Below, piece after piece: positions 9,240 through 18,882 of a DNA stretch of 64,000 nucleotides. The notes below the pieces were generated by a model, which made no database searches, was not told the DNA's origin, and saw only the letters and a list, made by a program, of their open reading frames with translations. Origin of the DNA: Minisyncoccota bacterium (GTDB lineage Bacteria; Patescibacteriota; Minisyncoccia; Phycocordibacterales; PALSA-1337); contig JBAYFZ010000001.1 in NCBI GenBank assembly GCA_041666915.1, forward strand, positions 201,086 through 265,085, written 5' to 3'. A program made the translations under genes and the position numbers. How positions within the stretch are numbered: position 1 is the first letter of the stretch; every line of letters begins with the position of its first letter.

Positions 9240-10625
9240 ATGATAAATAACATTCAAATATTTAACACCCTTTCTCGCAAAAAAGAGATTTTCAAGCCTA
9301 TAAACAAAGGCGTAGTCGGAATGTACCACTGTGGACCAACCGTCTATGATCGTATTCACATTGGTAATTTCCGCGCTTTTATAGTTCCAGACATTTTACG
9401 AAGAATGTTTGAATACAACGGTTATGAGGTCAAACAGATCATGAACATTACTGATGTTGGCCATTTGGTCAGTGATGGTGATGAAGGAGAAGATAAAATG
9501 ACAAAAGGTTTGAAGCGTGAAGGCAAACCTATCACCCTAGAAGCAATGTTGGAATTATCTTCTAAATACGCCGACCAGTTTTTGGAAGATTTGAAATCAT
9601 TGAATATAGAGCCGGCTCAAAAATATCCTAGAGCTAGCGAACATATCATTGAAGATATTGAGATAGTCAAACAACTTGAGACAAAAGGTTTCGATTATGC
9701 TCTGGATGATGGTATGTATTTTGATACTGCCAAATTCCCTTCTTATGGCAAGCTCGGAAACATTTCCATTGAAAGCCTCAAGGAAGGTGCTCGCATAACG
9801 ACTAATTCAAACAAACGTAATCCCGCAGATTTCGTCTTATGGAGATTTGACCCGAAGATTGGTTGGGATAGTCCTTGGGGTAAAGGTTTTCCTGGTTGGC
9901 ATATAGAATGTTCGGCAATGTCAGCGAAATATTTGGGACAACCATTTGATATCCATACTGGAGGAATTGATCATATTCCTGTTCACCACAACAATGAAAT
10001 AGCTCAATCTGAAGCGGCTTACGATAAGCCTCTGGCCAATTACTGGATGCACAATGAGTTTCTCATCATTGGCGGAGACAAAATGTCCAAGTCTTTGGGT
10101 AATTATGTAACTTTAGAGACCCTGAAAGAAGAAGCTATCTCACCTCTTGCATATCGTTATTGGTCATTGACTGCACATTATCGTTCACCAGTTAATTTCA
10201 CCTACGAAGCTGTCCGTGGTTCTCAAAATGCCCTCATAAAACTTATGAAGACGATCGTAAGTTATCCAAAAGATGGTCAGATTATTCCTGAATACAAAGA
10301 AAAATTTTTGACTCTTATTAATGATGATTTGAATTTGCCACAAGCTATCGCTCTAGCTTGGAATCTAATCGCTGATTCCAATCAAAAAGATGCTGACAAA
10401 AGAGCAACTTTGATTGATTTTGATAGAGTTTTTGGTCTGAAATTGGATTCTATCCCTGAGACAAAAGAAGAAGTCCCTCCAGAAATACAAGCTTTGGCAG
10501 AAACGCGTGAAGAGGCTCGTAAAGAGAAAGATTGGGTAAAGGCTGATGCCATCCGAAAAGAGATTGAGAATAGGGGCTTTACAGTCAAAGATACGGCTGA
10601 GGGGATTGAAATCGTTAGGATATAG
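9240..10625 (+). CDS. cysS: Cysteine--tRNA ligase
   Basis: CGPTVY..HIGN, NITDVGH, PGWHIECSAM, HTGG.D..P.HH.NE, KMSKS; the upstream ORF extension is MITE sequence. Confidence 0.97.
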   Translation: MINNIQIFNTLSRKKEIFKPINKGVVGMYHCGPTVYDRIHIGNFRAFIVPDILRRMFEYNGYEVKQIMNITDVGHLVSDGDEGEDKMTKGLKREGKPITLEAMLELSSKYADQFLEDLKSLNIEPAQKYPRASEHIIEDIEIVKQLETKGFDYALDDGMYFDTAKFPSYGKLGNISIESLKEGARITTNSNKRNPADFVLWRFDPKIGWDSPWGKGFPGWHIECSAMSAKYLGQPFDIHTGGIDHIPVHHNNEIAQSEAAYDKPLANYWMHNEFLIIGGDKMSKSLGNYVTLETLKEEAISPLAYRYWSLTAHYRSPVNFTYEAVRGSQNALIKLMKTIVSYPKDGQIIPEYKEKFLTLINDDLNLPQAIALAWNLIADSNQKDADKRATLIDFDRVFGLKLDSIPETKEEVPPEIQALAETREEARKEKDWVKADAIRKEIENRGFTVKDTAEGIEIVRI

Positions 10626-10632
10626 TCGCTGT

Positions 10633-10747
10633 GTCATTCCCGCGAAGGCGATTTAGCAAAATCGTGTCGAATGGACCGGTGAATCCATGAAGACAAATAA
10701 ATGGATTTTTTGGTAATATCCTGGATTCCCGCCTTCGCGGGAATGAC
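10633..10747. repeat. dRS3-like REP doublet, copy 2, with 30-bp insertion (10651-10680) in left arm
   Basis: GTCATTCCCGCGAAGGCG-atttagcaaaatcgtgtcgaatggaccggt-GAATCCA ... TGGATTCCCGCCTTCGCGGGAATGAC. Confidence 0.9.
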
Positions 10748-10755
10748 AACAGAAT

Positions 10756-10834
10756 TTCTTCATTATTTCTTAATAACTTCTTTATCGTTTCTTTAACCTT
10801 TCTTAATCAGGATTTTAACTCGTTTTGATATCGT
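10756..10834 (+). promoter_or_regulatory. 11-bp tandem repeat promoter element, copy B (6 units plus -10 TATCGT)
   Basis: ttcttcattat|ttcttaataac|ttctttatcgt|ttctttaacct|ttcttaatcag|gattttaactc-N7-TATCGT. Confidence 0.75.
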
Positions 10835-10868
10835 AATGTCGTACACATTATCATTTATCAAAACAAAT

Positions 10869-11132
10869 ATGTCCTTAGAACAAAAAGATCTTGAGTTAAT
10901 AGAAAGTCTAATCTACAAAAATAGTGACGATATAGCAATATCCATAGCTAGAAGCTTTGAACGACTAGAAAAACGTGGCGATGACAGTGAGTCACGCATC
11001 TATTCACGTCTTTCTGAAATAGAAGACCGTATAGAATCCAGTCGACAAGATATGTCGGATACTATTGGTGACATAAAAGAGGAGATACGAGATACCATGA
11101 GGTTCAAAACTCTTGCTGAAGTTAACAATTGA
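10869..11132 (+). CDS. Hypothetical acidic coiled-coil protein
   Basis: MSLEQKDLELIE..., helical heptad pattern; start uncertain (10836 or 10869). Confidence 0.7.
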   Translation: MSLEQKDLELIESLIYKNSDDIAISIARSFERLEKRGDDSESRIYSRLSEIEDRIESSRQDMSDTIGDIKEEIRDTMRFKTLAEVNN

Positions 11133-11174
11133 AAACCGTGAGCCTCTGTGGTATAAATTACGGCGGAGGTAAAT

Positions 11175-11282
11175 ATGAGTCAAAAATCTAATGATTGTAA
11201 CGGAGCAATTTTTGTCATAGTCATTGGTATTGTAGTTACTCTGGTGTATTTATCACTTTCGAGTTTAAAGGTAACTGGCTAA
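11175..11282 (+). CDS. 35-aa single-TM small protein
   Basis: MSQKSNDCNGAIFVIVIGIVVTLVYLSLSSLKVTG; TTGAAA-N17-TATAAA promoter, GGAGGT SD, terminator hairpin about 11293-11324. Confidence 0.65.
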   Translation: MSQKSNDCNGAIFVIVIGIVVTLVYLSLSSLKVTG

Positions 11283-11382
11283 GACAAAATTCAAAATGGC
11301 GGTCATTCTTTGACCGCCATTTTTCTAACAAAAAAGTGACGAAAAATCCGTCACTTTTTTGTGGGCGCTGATCATTGATTAC

Positions 11383-11946
11383 TTAATACTTCCTAACAAC
11401 CCCTTTTACAATAGCGGCAACCTTGAGATCCTGCTCCGGATATATCGGTCTATACTTTTTATTGGCTGGTTCTAGATAGATGACATTTCCCTGTTTACGG
11501 AAATATTTCATAGTCCAACCACCATCAACCTCGGCAATGACAATATCACCTGGTTTTGGTTCTCCTTTGCGCTCTGCTATGACCAAATCGCCCTCTTGGA
11601 TACCAGCATCAATCATAGAGTCGCCTTTTACCTCTAATAAATACGTAGCGGATTTATCTTTTATAAGATAATCCTCTATGTTCATGGTGTCAGTCATCTG
11701 TTCATCCATTGTTGTAGGAAAACCAGCTTCTACCAAACCAAGCAAAGGTATCTCACCGATAAGCCTGTTTGGCACAAGCCTGCCTCTAGAATCTTTGTCC
11801 AAAACACCTTCATCAACTAGTTTATTTATAAGTTTGTAGACAGAATTTTTGGATTTGAAACCAAGTAAAGACATAATCTCGGTATAACTAGGCATACGCT
11901 TTGTTCGTTTATAAAAAGAGATTATTTTGTTTTTATAATTTTCCAT
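11383..11946 (-). CDS. lexA: LexA repressor
   Basis: N-terminal wHTH (MPSYTEIMSLLGFKSKNSV), AG cleavage site (VEAGFP), GDSM serine, TMK lysine, LEPAN. Confidence 0.9.
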   Translation of the reverse strand: MENYKNKIISFYKRTKRMPSYTEIMSLLGFKSKNSVYKLINKLVDEGVLDKDSRGRLVPNRLIGEIPLLGLVEAGFPTTMDEQMTDTMNIEDYLIKDKSATYLLEVKGDSMIDAGIQEGDLVIAERKGEPKPGDIVIAEVDGGWTMKYFRKQGNVIYLEPANKKYRPIYPEQDLKVAAIVKGVVRKY

Positions 11947-11985
11947 AAATTAAATAATAAAGTGATACGGTATAAATTTTTTAAA

Positions 11986-12192
11986 TTAAAACATGAAGGT
12001 TGATACGAAACTCAAAGATTTACCAAACCAGTTGGATTGGATCTTGGAGAGCCTAGCAAGCTGAGCCATCAAAAATTTGTGTCTTTGAGATTGTTGTCTG
12101 TATGAAAGACCTTTGATGATGCGTAGGTCAATCTCTCTATTGAGTCTTTCTATCTCACTACGAATTGTTTTGATGGCTTGATGCTTACTCAT
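11986..12192 (-). CDS. Small basic hypothetical protein upstream of lexA
   Basis: 68-aa ORF, same strand as lexA, downstream of a TATAAT promoter. Confidence 0.7.
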   Translation of the reverse strand: MSKHQAIKTIRSEIERLNREIDLRIIKGLSYRQQSQRHKFLMAQLARLSKIQSNWFGKSLSFVSTFMF

Positions 12193-12232
12193 GGCTTTGT
12201 ATGATTAATGTTCTCTATTGCCATATCATTAT

Positions 12233-12252
12233 AGGTGAACGATAGTTCACCT
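12233..12252. promoter_or_regulatory. Putative LexA (SOS) operator
   Basis: Palindrome AGGTGAAC-GATA-GTTCACCT directly abutting the -10 TATAAT of the lexA operon; GAAC-N4-GTTC core. Confidence 0.75.
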
Positions 12253-12283
12253 GCAAGCAAAAACTGTGGATAACTACATAGTA

Positions 12284-12306
12284 CTCCGGAGGTGTAACCT
12301 CCGGAG
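12284..12306. repeat. Short AGGT-N3-ACCT hairpin repeat
   Basis: CTCCGGAGGTgtaACCTCCGGAG, 4 bp beyond the helicase stop. Confidence 0.6.
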
Positions 12307-12310
12307 AAAA

Positions 12311-13564
12311 TTAGTTGATGAAAGTCAAAGCTTTACCACGCTTGTCACCTCTGCCTGTACGACCAATACGGTGTACGTAGTCATCATAAGTAGCAGGTAA
12401 TTCGTAGTTGATAACATGACTTACATCAGCAATATCAAGACCGCGAGCAGCTACGTCAGTAGCGACCAAGATCTGGACACTTCCCTCCTTGAACATCCTT
12501 AGAGCCTGTTGGCGCTTGGAGTGATTTTTGTTGCCGTGAATAGACTCAGCTTTGAAACCTTTTTCTATGAGCAATTTTGAAAGTCTTTCTACACCATGTT
12601 TGGTGCGACCAAAGACTAGGACTCTACTAAATTCTTTTTGAGCCAAAAGGTTGCGTAAAACATCCAATTTATCTTTTCCAGCAGTACGAACAACGTCTTG
12701 TTCAACATTTCTAGCAGTATCTCCTGTCTTTACAGAGATTCGGACTGGTTCTTTGAGGAATTCACCGATCAGTTTTTCAATAGAAGGAGAAAGTGTTGCA
12801 GAGAAAAATAGTGTTTGGCGGACTTTGGCCATCTGGGACATGACAAGTCTCATGTCACCGATGAATCCCATATCCAACATGCGGTCAGCTTCGTCCAAAA
12901 CGATAGTACTGAAAATAGCTGGATTGATACGTTTTCTATCAATAAGATCTTTGAGACGACCAGGTGTTCCAATGATAAAATTGTAAGGATAGCGAAGATC
13001 AGAAATCTGTTTATTGATAGACATTCCACCAACACAACAGACAGAGAAAATCTTCATACCTTTACTAAAACTTTTGAATTCTTGATCAATCTGCAAAGCG
13101 AGCTCTCTTGTAGGGACGATAATAAGAATGTGTTCAGAAGGTTTCTGAATAACTTTGTTTATAAGAGGGATAAGAAAAGCGGCAGTCTTACCTGTACCAG
13201 TATTTGCAATACCTACGAGGTCTGCACCTTTCAAAATATGAGGAATGGAGCGATCTTGAATAGGAGCTGGAGCGGTATAACCTTTTGTAACAATAGCCTG
13301 TTTGATGCGTTCATCAATGAGAAAATCACCGAAAGCATGTTCGGGTTTGTAGATTTGTGCCTCTTCCGTTACGACAACTTTGTTAACGAAGCGTGCTGGA
13401 TTGAGATATTCTCCTGTAGAACCTTTGTTACCACGGCCTCTCCCTGAGAATTTTGGGCGACCTCCGGCAGTGCCAGGAGATCGTCTATGCTGGCCAGAAA
13501 AGGGTTTTCCTCCTCTTGGCGCGTTTCTAAAATTTGTATACACAGTTGCCCTAGTATAATCCAT
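12311..13564 (-). CDS. DEAD-box RNA helicase (RhlE-like)
   Basis: ANTGTGKT, PTRELA, TPGRL, DEAD, SAT, ARGLD, HRIGRTGR; start uncertain. Confidence 0.95.
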   Translation of the reverse strand: MDYTRATVYTNFRNAPRGGKPFSGQHRRSPGTAGGRPKFSGRGRGNKGSTGEYLNPARFVNKVVVTEEAQIYKPEHAFGDFLIDERIKQAIVTKGYTAPAPIQDRSIPHILKGADLVGIANTGTGKTAAFLIPLINKVIQKPSEHILIIVPTRELALQIDQEFKSFSKGMKIFSVCCVGGMSINKQISDLRYPYNFIIGTPGRLKDLIDRKRINPAIFSTIVLDEADRMLDMGFIGDMRLVMSQMAKVRQTLFFSATLSPSIEKLIGEFLKEPVRISVKTGDTARNVEQDVVRTAGKDKLDVLRNLLAQKEFSRVLVFGRTKHGVERLSKLLIEKGFKAESIHGNKNHSKRQQALRMFKEGSVQILVATDVAARGLDIADVSHVINYELPATYDDYVHRIGRTGRGDKRGKALTFIN

Positions 13565-13636
13565 ATTCTTTTCCTTGTCAAGGGTTTGCATCCGTACAAC
13601 GTTCGAGACTTCGTTATAACTACACGAGAGATGAAA

Positions 13637-14047
13637 TTATGGGGTTTTTGGCATCTTGTTTTCATCCATATAGAACACTTCCCAAACATGACCATCTAGA
13701 TCTTGAAAACTTTTGGTGTACATCCAATCCAAATCTTCTGGTTCATGATTAATCTTACCACCAGATTCTATTGCCCTATTAAATACATCATCAACTTCTT
13801 CTTTACTTTCTACCGATAAAGCCAATAACGCCTCTGTCACCTCTTTTGCATTAGCAATCTTTTTCTTGGTAAAAGTCTTAAAGAATTTTTCAGTAACAAG
13901 CATTGCAAAAATATGTTCACTTATGACCAAACATCCCGCTTTTTCATCAGTAAATCTTGGATCAAAACTATACCCAAGATTACTAAAAAATTCCATGGAT
14001 TTACCCAAATCTTTGACTGGTAGATTGACAAATATTTTTGTTATCAT
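13637..14047 (-). CDS. VOC/glyoxalase family protein
   Basis: IFVNLPVKDL..S..FF, FQDLDGHVWEV. Confidence 0.92.
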   Translation of the reverse strand: MITKIFVNLPVKDLGKSMEFFSNLGYSFDPRFTDEKAGCLVISEHIFAMLVTEKFFKTFTKKKIANAKEVTEALLALSVESKEEVDDVFNRAIESGGKINHEPEDLDWMYTKSFQDLDGHVWEVFYMDENKMPKTP

Positions 14048-14201
14048 GGTGTCAAAAAGTTAATCTCTAATAAATAGACCTTTTATTTATATACGAACGA
14101 ACCACCTATTTGGTTGCAAAATCACCATTTATAGAAGTTACAAAAGGTGAATGTTTATCCATTGTGTTATTATGGCATTTTGACGAGGTGTCGCCTTCGC
14201 T

Positions 14202-14924
14202 TTAATAAGCTACGGCGACCGAAGCGGACTTTGATAAATATCTCTTCCTTTTATCTTCCTCAAACTTTTCTATAGCATATCTGAGCATCGTTCTAGGCAT
14301 GATCTTGTAATTCCTATCCAAAAACTCACATAAGGTTGACTCCGACTTCTTACCGACTTCGCGTAACATCCAACCAACCGCTTTGTGGATGAGATCATGT
14401 TTATCGTCCAAAAGTATTTCTGCTAAACGTAAAGAATCTTTGAAGTCACTTTTTCTTATAAATGAAAAAGTAGAAATTATAGCGATTCTCCTATCCCAAA
14501 GATTTTTTGATACAACTAATTTATATAAAATAGATCTGTCGTTATCAATCAGCCAATTTCCTAAAATATAAGGCGCGGAAGTGTCCACCAAATCCCAGTT
14601 GTTTATATTTTTACGATTATTTAAATAAAATTTAGCAATTTGATCTTTTTCTTTTTGATCAGCTTTTTTGTATTTCAAGACTAAGATAGCCAGTGCCGTA
14701 AAACGATATTCGTGAATATTACTGGAAAGAAGTTTGGAAATTTCAACCAAAGAAAGTTCTTGATATTTCCCTGCCACACTTCTTTGCTGTGGCACCATAA
14801 TACCTAAAAATTTATCCCCTTCTGCATATTCACCTTTACCAGTCTTGAAATATCTTTGTAGGAGTTTGGCTTTGGTAGGATCGGCTAGAGTTTTTAATTC
14901 TTTTGTAATATCGGTGGATTTCAT
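14202..14924 (-). CDS. DNA alkylation repair enzyme (AlkD-like)
   Basis: FKTGKGEYAEGD, NNWDLVD, KAVGWMLRE, MPRTMLRYAIE; start at ATG 14924 after TGCTATAAT-N6. Confidence 0.92.
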   Translation of the reverse strand: MKSTDITKELKTLADPTKAKLLQRYFKTGKGEYAEGDKFLGIMVPQQRSVAGKYQELSLVEISKLLSSNIHEYRFTALAILVLKYKKADQKEKDQIAKFYLNNRKNINNWDLVDTSAPYILGNWLIDNDRSILYKLVVSKNLWDRRIAIISTFSFIRKSDFKDSLRLAEILLDDKHDLIHKAVGWMLREVGKKSESTLCEFLDRNYKIMPRTMLRYAIEKFEEDKRKRYLSKSASVAVAY

Positions 14925-15060
14925 CTCTGGATTATAGCATTTCATCAATCCGCCAACTGGTGGACCGACCTTGACACCTATTACCAAAGGAGTAGATTTT
15001 AAATGGAATAAAACTGTCCCGTCACAGTGCGGGGCATAACAAAGAAAGTGAGTTAGTTCT

Positions 15061-16107
15061 ATGACAACAGCAAATAATACAGTCTCAAAAGAGGCTCCTC
15101 CGGTAGAAAACCAAATACACGACCTGTTCTCGCGCGAGATTCGCCCTATACAAAATTGGAATGAATGGTTGGAACGTTGGCAATCCGCTAAGACGTATGA
15201 GGAAATGCTTGGCCTTTTACACAGAGGTTACAAAGTCATATCTTTTGACCCTCAAAAACATGGCGATAAAAAATACTGTCCAAACGATCGTGATCTCTTT
15301 TATCTAACCATTGCAGATGGTTGGACAAGTAGTTCTTTATTAGAAAAACCCACTGAACATCCTAGCTGGGCATTTAGAATGAAAAGAGAAAACAACAATG
15401 AAGCTGAAGATCTGAGTATTAGCGAAATACGTCAATTGCTTGCTACCAAAGCTTTTGAAATGCTCTGTGCTAATTTCTTTAACATCGGACCATACATATA
15501 CAACGGTGAGGAAAATTGGCGTTGGATAACATTGGTTTCAGAAAAGAAACTTTTTACGATTGTCCAGAACTTTTTTCGTGTTGAAACACGATTCAGTGAA
15601 CTTCAAGTTCGTAATATAGATATAGGCGATAAAGATCTTAGGCACGAGAATGCCAAGAAATTCTTACTCCGTCTAGCTAATTTCATGTGGGCATGGGAAG
15701 AAGACCCAATTAGAGAATGGGATTCTTGTGGAGTAGAGAAAGAAAGAAAAAATCTCATGATACGTTCCACGATATCTTCGGCGATGTTTTGGATGATTGA
15801 AGTTCTTTGTTGTATAAAGGAACTTCGGCTATTAGACAAGCATATCCTGAAATTAGACGACAATTGTTTAATGAAAATGAAGGAAATAGCCTTCAGAAGT
15901 AAGTTCTGCGCACATTCTGAATATGTCATGAAGGAACGCAATGTTATGAGTATTGAAGAAGCTTGTCTTCTAGGCTCAGCACCAGCGTGGCTTTTTAAAA
16001 AACATCAGATCATGAAAGCTGAAGATAAGAGGCTTAAAAAAATCAGGAAAGCTGAACAAGTCAAAGAGTTAGCGGAACAACAATTGAAAAAATTGCAAAA
16101 ACGATAG
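15061..16107 (+). CDS. Hypothetical helical protein (ORFan-like)
   Basis: 348-aa ORF, AGAAAGTGAG SD-like motif, terminator AAGCGGAACC..GGTTCCGCTTTT. Confidence 0.8.
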   Translation: MTTANNTVSKEAPPVENQIHDLFSREIRPIQNWNEWLERWQSAKTYEEMLGLLHRGYKVISFDPQKHGDKKYCPNDRDLFYLTIADGWTSSSLLEKPTEHPSWAFRMKRENNNEAEDLSISEIRQLLATKAFEMLCANFFNIGPYIYNGEENWRWITLVSEKKLFTIVQNFFRVETRFSELQVRNIDIGDKDLRHENAKKFLLRLANFMWAWEEDPIREWDSCGVEKERKNLMIRSTISSAMFWMIEVLCCIKELRLLDKHILKLDDNCLMKMKEIAFRSKFCAHSEYVMKERNVMSIEEACLLGSAPAWLFKKHQIMKAEDKRLKKIRKAEQVKELAEQQLKKLQKR

Positions 16108-16154
16108 TAGTCACCAACTAAACACAAGCGGAACCCAAAAGGTTCCGCTTTTTT

Positions 16155-16175
16155 CATCAAGGTCCGACCTTGATG
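16155..16175. repeat. Short AGGT-N3-ACCT hairpin repeat
   Basis: CATCAAGGTccgACCTTGATG, 3 bp beyond the stop at 16179. Confidence 0.6.
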
Positions 16176-16178
16176 ATA

Positions 16179-17081
16179 CTATCTAAACACCATTTCCCCA
16201 TCAAGTTTCAGATTGAAAACCAATTCTCCTTTTGAGGTGAAATGATAACTTTGTACCTCACTCATCATCTTGGAAAAATCATTTTCTTGTGAACCTTCGC
16301 AATACATGAGTGTAGACATCATCCTTTCAAAAGAAATCTTACTGCCATTTACTATATATTCACCACCGACACCATTACAATCGGTCTTAGCTGAGAAATT
16401 GTTACCTTTGAATGTCAGAACAAATCTCGTTGGATCTTTTGGAACTACAATCTTGCCATCTTTATAGACCGTACTTATCCAACTCCAATCCTTCATATCC
16501 AAAGTTATTTTGGCAGGATCAGCTTCACCTTCAAAATTTTGAACAACTTCACCCAACTGCATGGTCTTTGGATCTAATAATATAGATATGCTTTTTCCTA
16601 TTGAAGGTTGTACAGCGAAACTTTCCCCTTCTTTTCTATCAGCATAATTAACAACAATAATATTACCCTTACCCATTTCGGTTGTTTGTGGAGCAATACG
16701 ATCTCCTAGAAGGAATCCCTCTGAACCAACATACCCCCTAGGGGTATTCAAAGCTACAACTAAATAATAGAAAGTACCCGTACCACCAGAATTTTGAGTC
16801 AAGAGAAAAGCGATGTCTTCGCGACCATCACCATTAAAATCGTGTCGGACTTCATTACCAAAGTACCTCGTAACCATTTTTGAAGCCGATACTGGAGTTA
16901 TCTCTATTTCAGACACCCCATTTACAAGTGTGATACTTTTACCATCAATGATGTAAGTTGCATCCTTTGGGTCAGCGTTACCGTTTTGTAAACCTTCTGG
17001 AGCGGTAGAAAGACGAACAGTAAAGACCGCAACGACGATAACTACTATAGCGATAATTGAAATTAAAGAAGGTTTTTTCAT
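16179..17081 (-). CDS. Membrane-anchored META/HslJ domain protein
   Basis: N-terminal TM, DFNGDGRED loop, C-terminal TDCN.VGG.Y ... STLMYC META pattern. Confidence 0.8.
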   Translation of the reverse strand: MKKPSLISIIAIVVIVVAVFTVRLSTAPEGLQNGNADPKDATYIIDGKSITLVNGVSEIEITPVSASKMVTRYFGNEVRHDFNGDGREDIAFLLTQNSGGTGTFYYLVVALNTPRGYVGSEGFLLGDRIAPQTTEMGKGNIIVVNYADRKEGESFAVQPSIGKSISILLDPKTMQLGEVVQNFEGEADPAKITLDMKDWSWISTVYKDGKIVVPKDPTRFVLTFKGNNFSAKTDCNGVGGEYIVNGSKISFERMMSTLMYCEGSQENDFSKMMSEVQSYHFTSKGELVFNLKLDGEMVFR

Positions 17082-17098
17082 AGGGTTAGTATACTACA

Positions 17099-17809
17099 TC
17101 AATCCACATAAGCCTCTACGATACCTATATGATTTGATAAATGTAATTTGTCGGCCAAATGCGGAAACATGGTCCTATTCGAAAGACCAATACACAAATC
17201 ATCTAATTTATTCAAACCCGGATATGGTAATAGAGTATAAACTAGATCACTACCTTGAATATGTACTCCGTTCACAAAAAGCGGTAACTCATATAGTACA
17301 TAATCTGTTAGTCTATCTAATTCCTCTTGGGACATTTTTGAAATACTCTCTACTCGATCACTTCTTCCAGACACTACGATATCTGTCATAAAATCATGAA
17401 ATTCTTTATTATTTACAAATTCGTCTTTTATCGCCTGTAAATTATATTTGTAAATCTCATTCTGAGTTACATCACCCCATCTCACTACTCGAACTTTATT
17501 CCGATCTTCTGATGATAAAGTGGCAATAATTTCTTGGATCTCTTCATTCTTCTTGTCACCAATCTTTGTAGCTTTCCTCAAAGCACGCTTAGGACTTCGC
17601 TTATCCAATACCTCCAAATTAACTGTATGCAACGCATCAGGTATTACGATTAAAACACCATCTTTGGTATTAGCAATAGCCCATTTAATATACTTTTCAA
17701 TGTTATCTTTAAAAAAATATTTATTTCCAAGACTTATACCTAACCATATATTATGACGTTTATCTCTTATTTCTTCTGGAGTTATATTCAAATAAGTATT
17801 AATCCTCAT
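17099..17809 (-). CDS. tRNA-dependent cyclodipeptide synthase (XYP-type)
   Basis: HNIWLGISLGN (catalytic Ser motif), YVLYELP (YxxxExP), YPG; 236 aa. Confidence 0.85.
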   Translation of the reverse strand: MRINTYLNITPEEIRDKRHNIWLGISLGNKYFFKDNIEKYIKWAIANTKDGVLIVIPDALHTVNLEVLDKRSPKRALRKATKIGDKKNEEIQEIIATLSSEDRNKVRVVRWGDVTQNEIYKYNLQAIKDEFVNNKEFHDFMTDIVVSGRSDRVESISKMSQEELDRLTDYVLYELPLFVNGVHIQGSDLVYTLLPYPGLNKLDDLCIGLSNRTMFPHLADKLHLSNHIGIVEAYVD

Positions 17810-17955
17810 AAACTTAGTATACTACGAAAGATGTTTTTATTGAAAAAAATGATAATTTGCGAGACTTGCCAAGTGTTGACTTACGTATCATAATATAGTA
17901 ATCTAAATACCAGATAGAAACATAAACAATAAACCTTAAAGAGAAAGGATCCTCC

Positions 17956-18813
17956 TTGAAAAAACAGAAAATAACTAGTCGTTATGAGTTCAAAAACGGC
18001 CGTGGAACAAAAATTGGAACAATAGTGGTGCTAAACATAATTGCACTAATAGGCATCATCTATTACCTAATAATTCAATCATCAAACCATGAGCCTGAGA
18101 TTGAATCTTATATTCGCTCACAAATTACACAGAAAGACGTAGCTCCGGGTTTCGAACCAGCCTTCATCTACTTCAAACGCCCTAACATGACAAATGAGAT
18201 GTTCTGTTGTGTTGGAACAATATTCAGTGATAAAAATAGTGTTATACAAATAGCCACAGCTGAACATGTCTTTCGGACTGATATACACTCATCGCAAATA
18301 TTAAGTGTACGTACCCTACGTCAAAAAATGAATCCGCCCGTAGCCTACATCAATCGTATTATTGCAACAGGTAAAGAACTCGGTGGACCAGATCATGATG
18401 AACGTGATATTGTTGTTGCCTCGTTAGGATCGGAACCTGTTGTTCTTAAACCATATTCCGGATTCTTATATAACGAAATTGGTCAAAACTTCTGGGGTAA
18501 TGTCGTTATAGGTAAAACTAAAATTACACGTTTACGTTCATTATTATCAGGTGAATACGTAAATACACTTGGCTATGTACAAAGCAGGCAAGGAACAAAC
18601 ATTTCTAACTTTGTTCTTATTGAAAAACATGTTAGGCAAGGTGAGAGCGGTACTGGTTACGTTGATGATTTTGGTGGTTTATGGGTTGTACATTCTGGTA
18701 CAGAAGATAAAAACGAGGAAGCTGAAATCTGTAAAGAAGGTAAACGTATAACAGGTAGACGTATTACCGGTGTCGCTACAGTTTCTGGACCACTCTTCGG
18801 ACATTACAAATAG
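17956..18813 (+). CDS. Membrane-anchored trypsin-like serine protease (divergent)
   Basis: TM anchor; TAEHVF (His), RDIVV (Asp), GESGTG (Ser) in chymotrypsin order; TTG start after AGAAAGGA. Confidence 0.65.
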   Translation: MKKQKITSRYEFKNGRGTKIGTIVVLNIIALIGIIYYLIIQSSNHEPEIESYIRSQITQKDVAPGFEPAFIYFKRPNMTNEMFCCVGTIFSDKNSVIQIATAEHVFRTDIHSSQILSVRTLRQKMNPPVAYINRIIATGKELGGPDHDERDIVVASLGSEPVVLKPYSGFLYNEIGQNFWGNVVIGKTKITRLRSLLSGEYVNTLGYVQSRQGTNISNFVLIEKHVRQGESGTGYVDDFGGLWVVHSGTEDKNEEAEICKEGKRITGRRITGVATVSGPLFGHYK

Positions 18814-18882
18814 AGTGTTGCAGAGTAACAATCTCAAGACCTCACACGAAAAGGCATCACGCTTTTAATGTGAGGTCTTTTC

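Noticed and set aside
12651-13699. Antisense ORFs over the helicase (and similar ones over valS, serS, topA, uvrB)
   Set aside because: No motifs; fully nested opposite well-supported genes.
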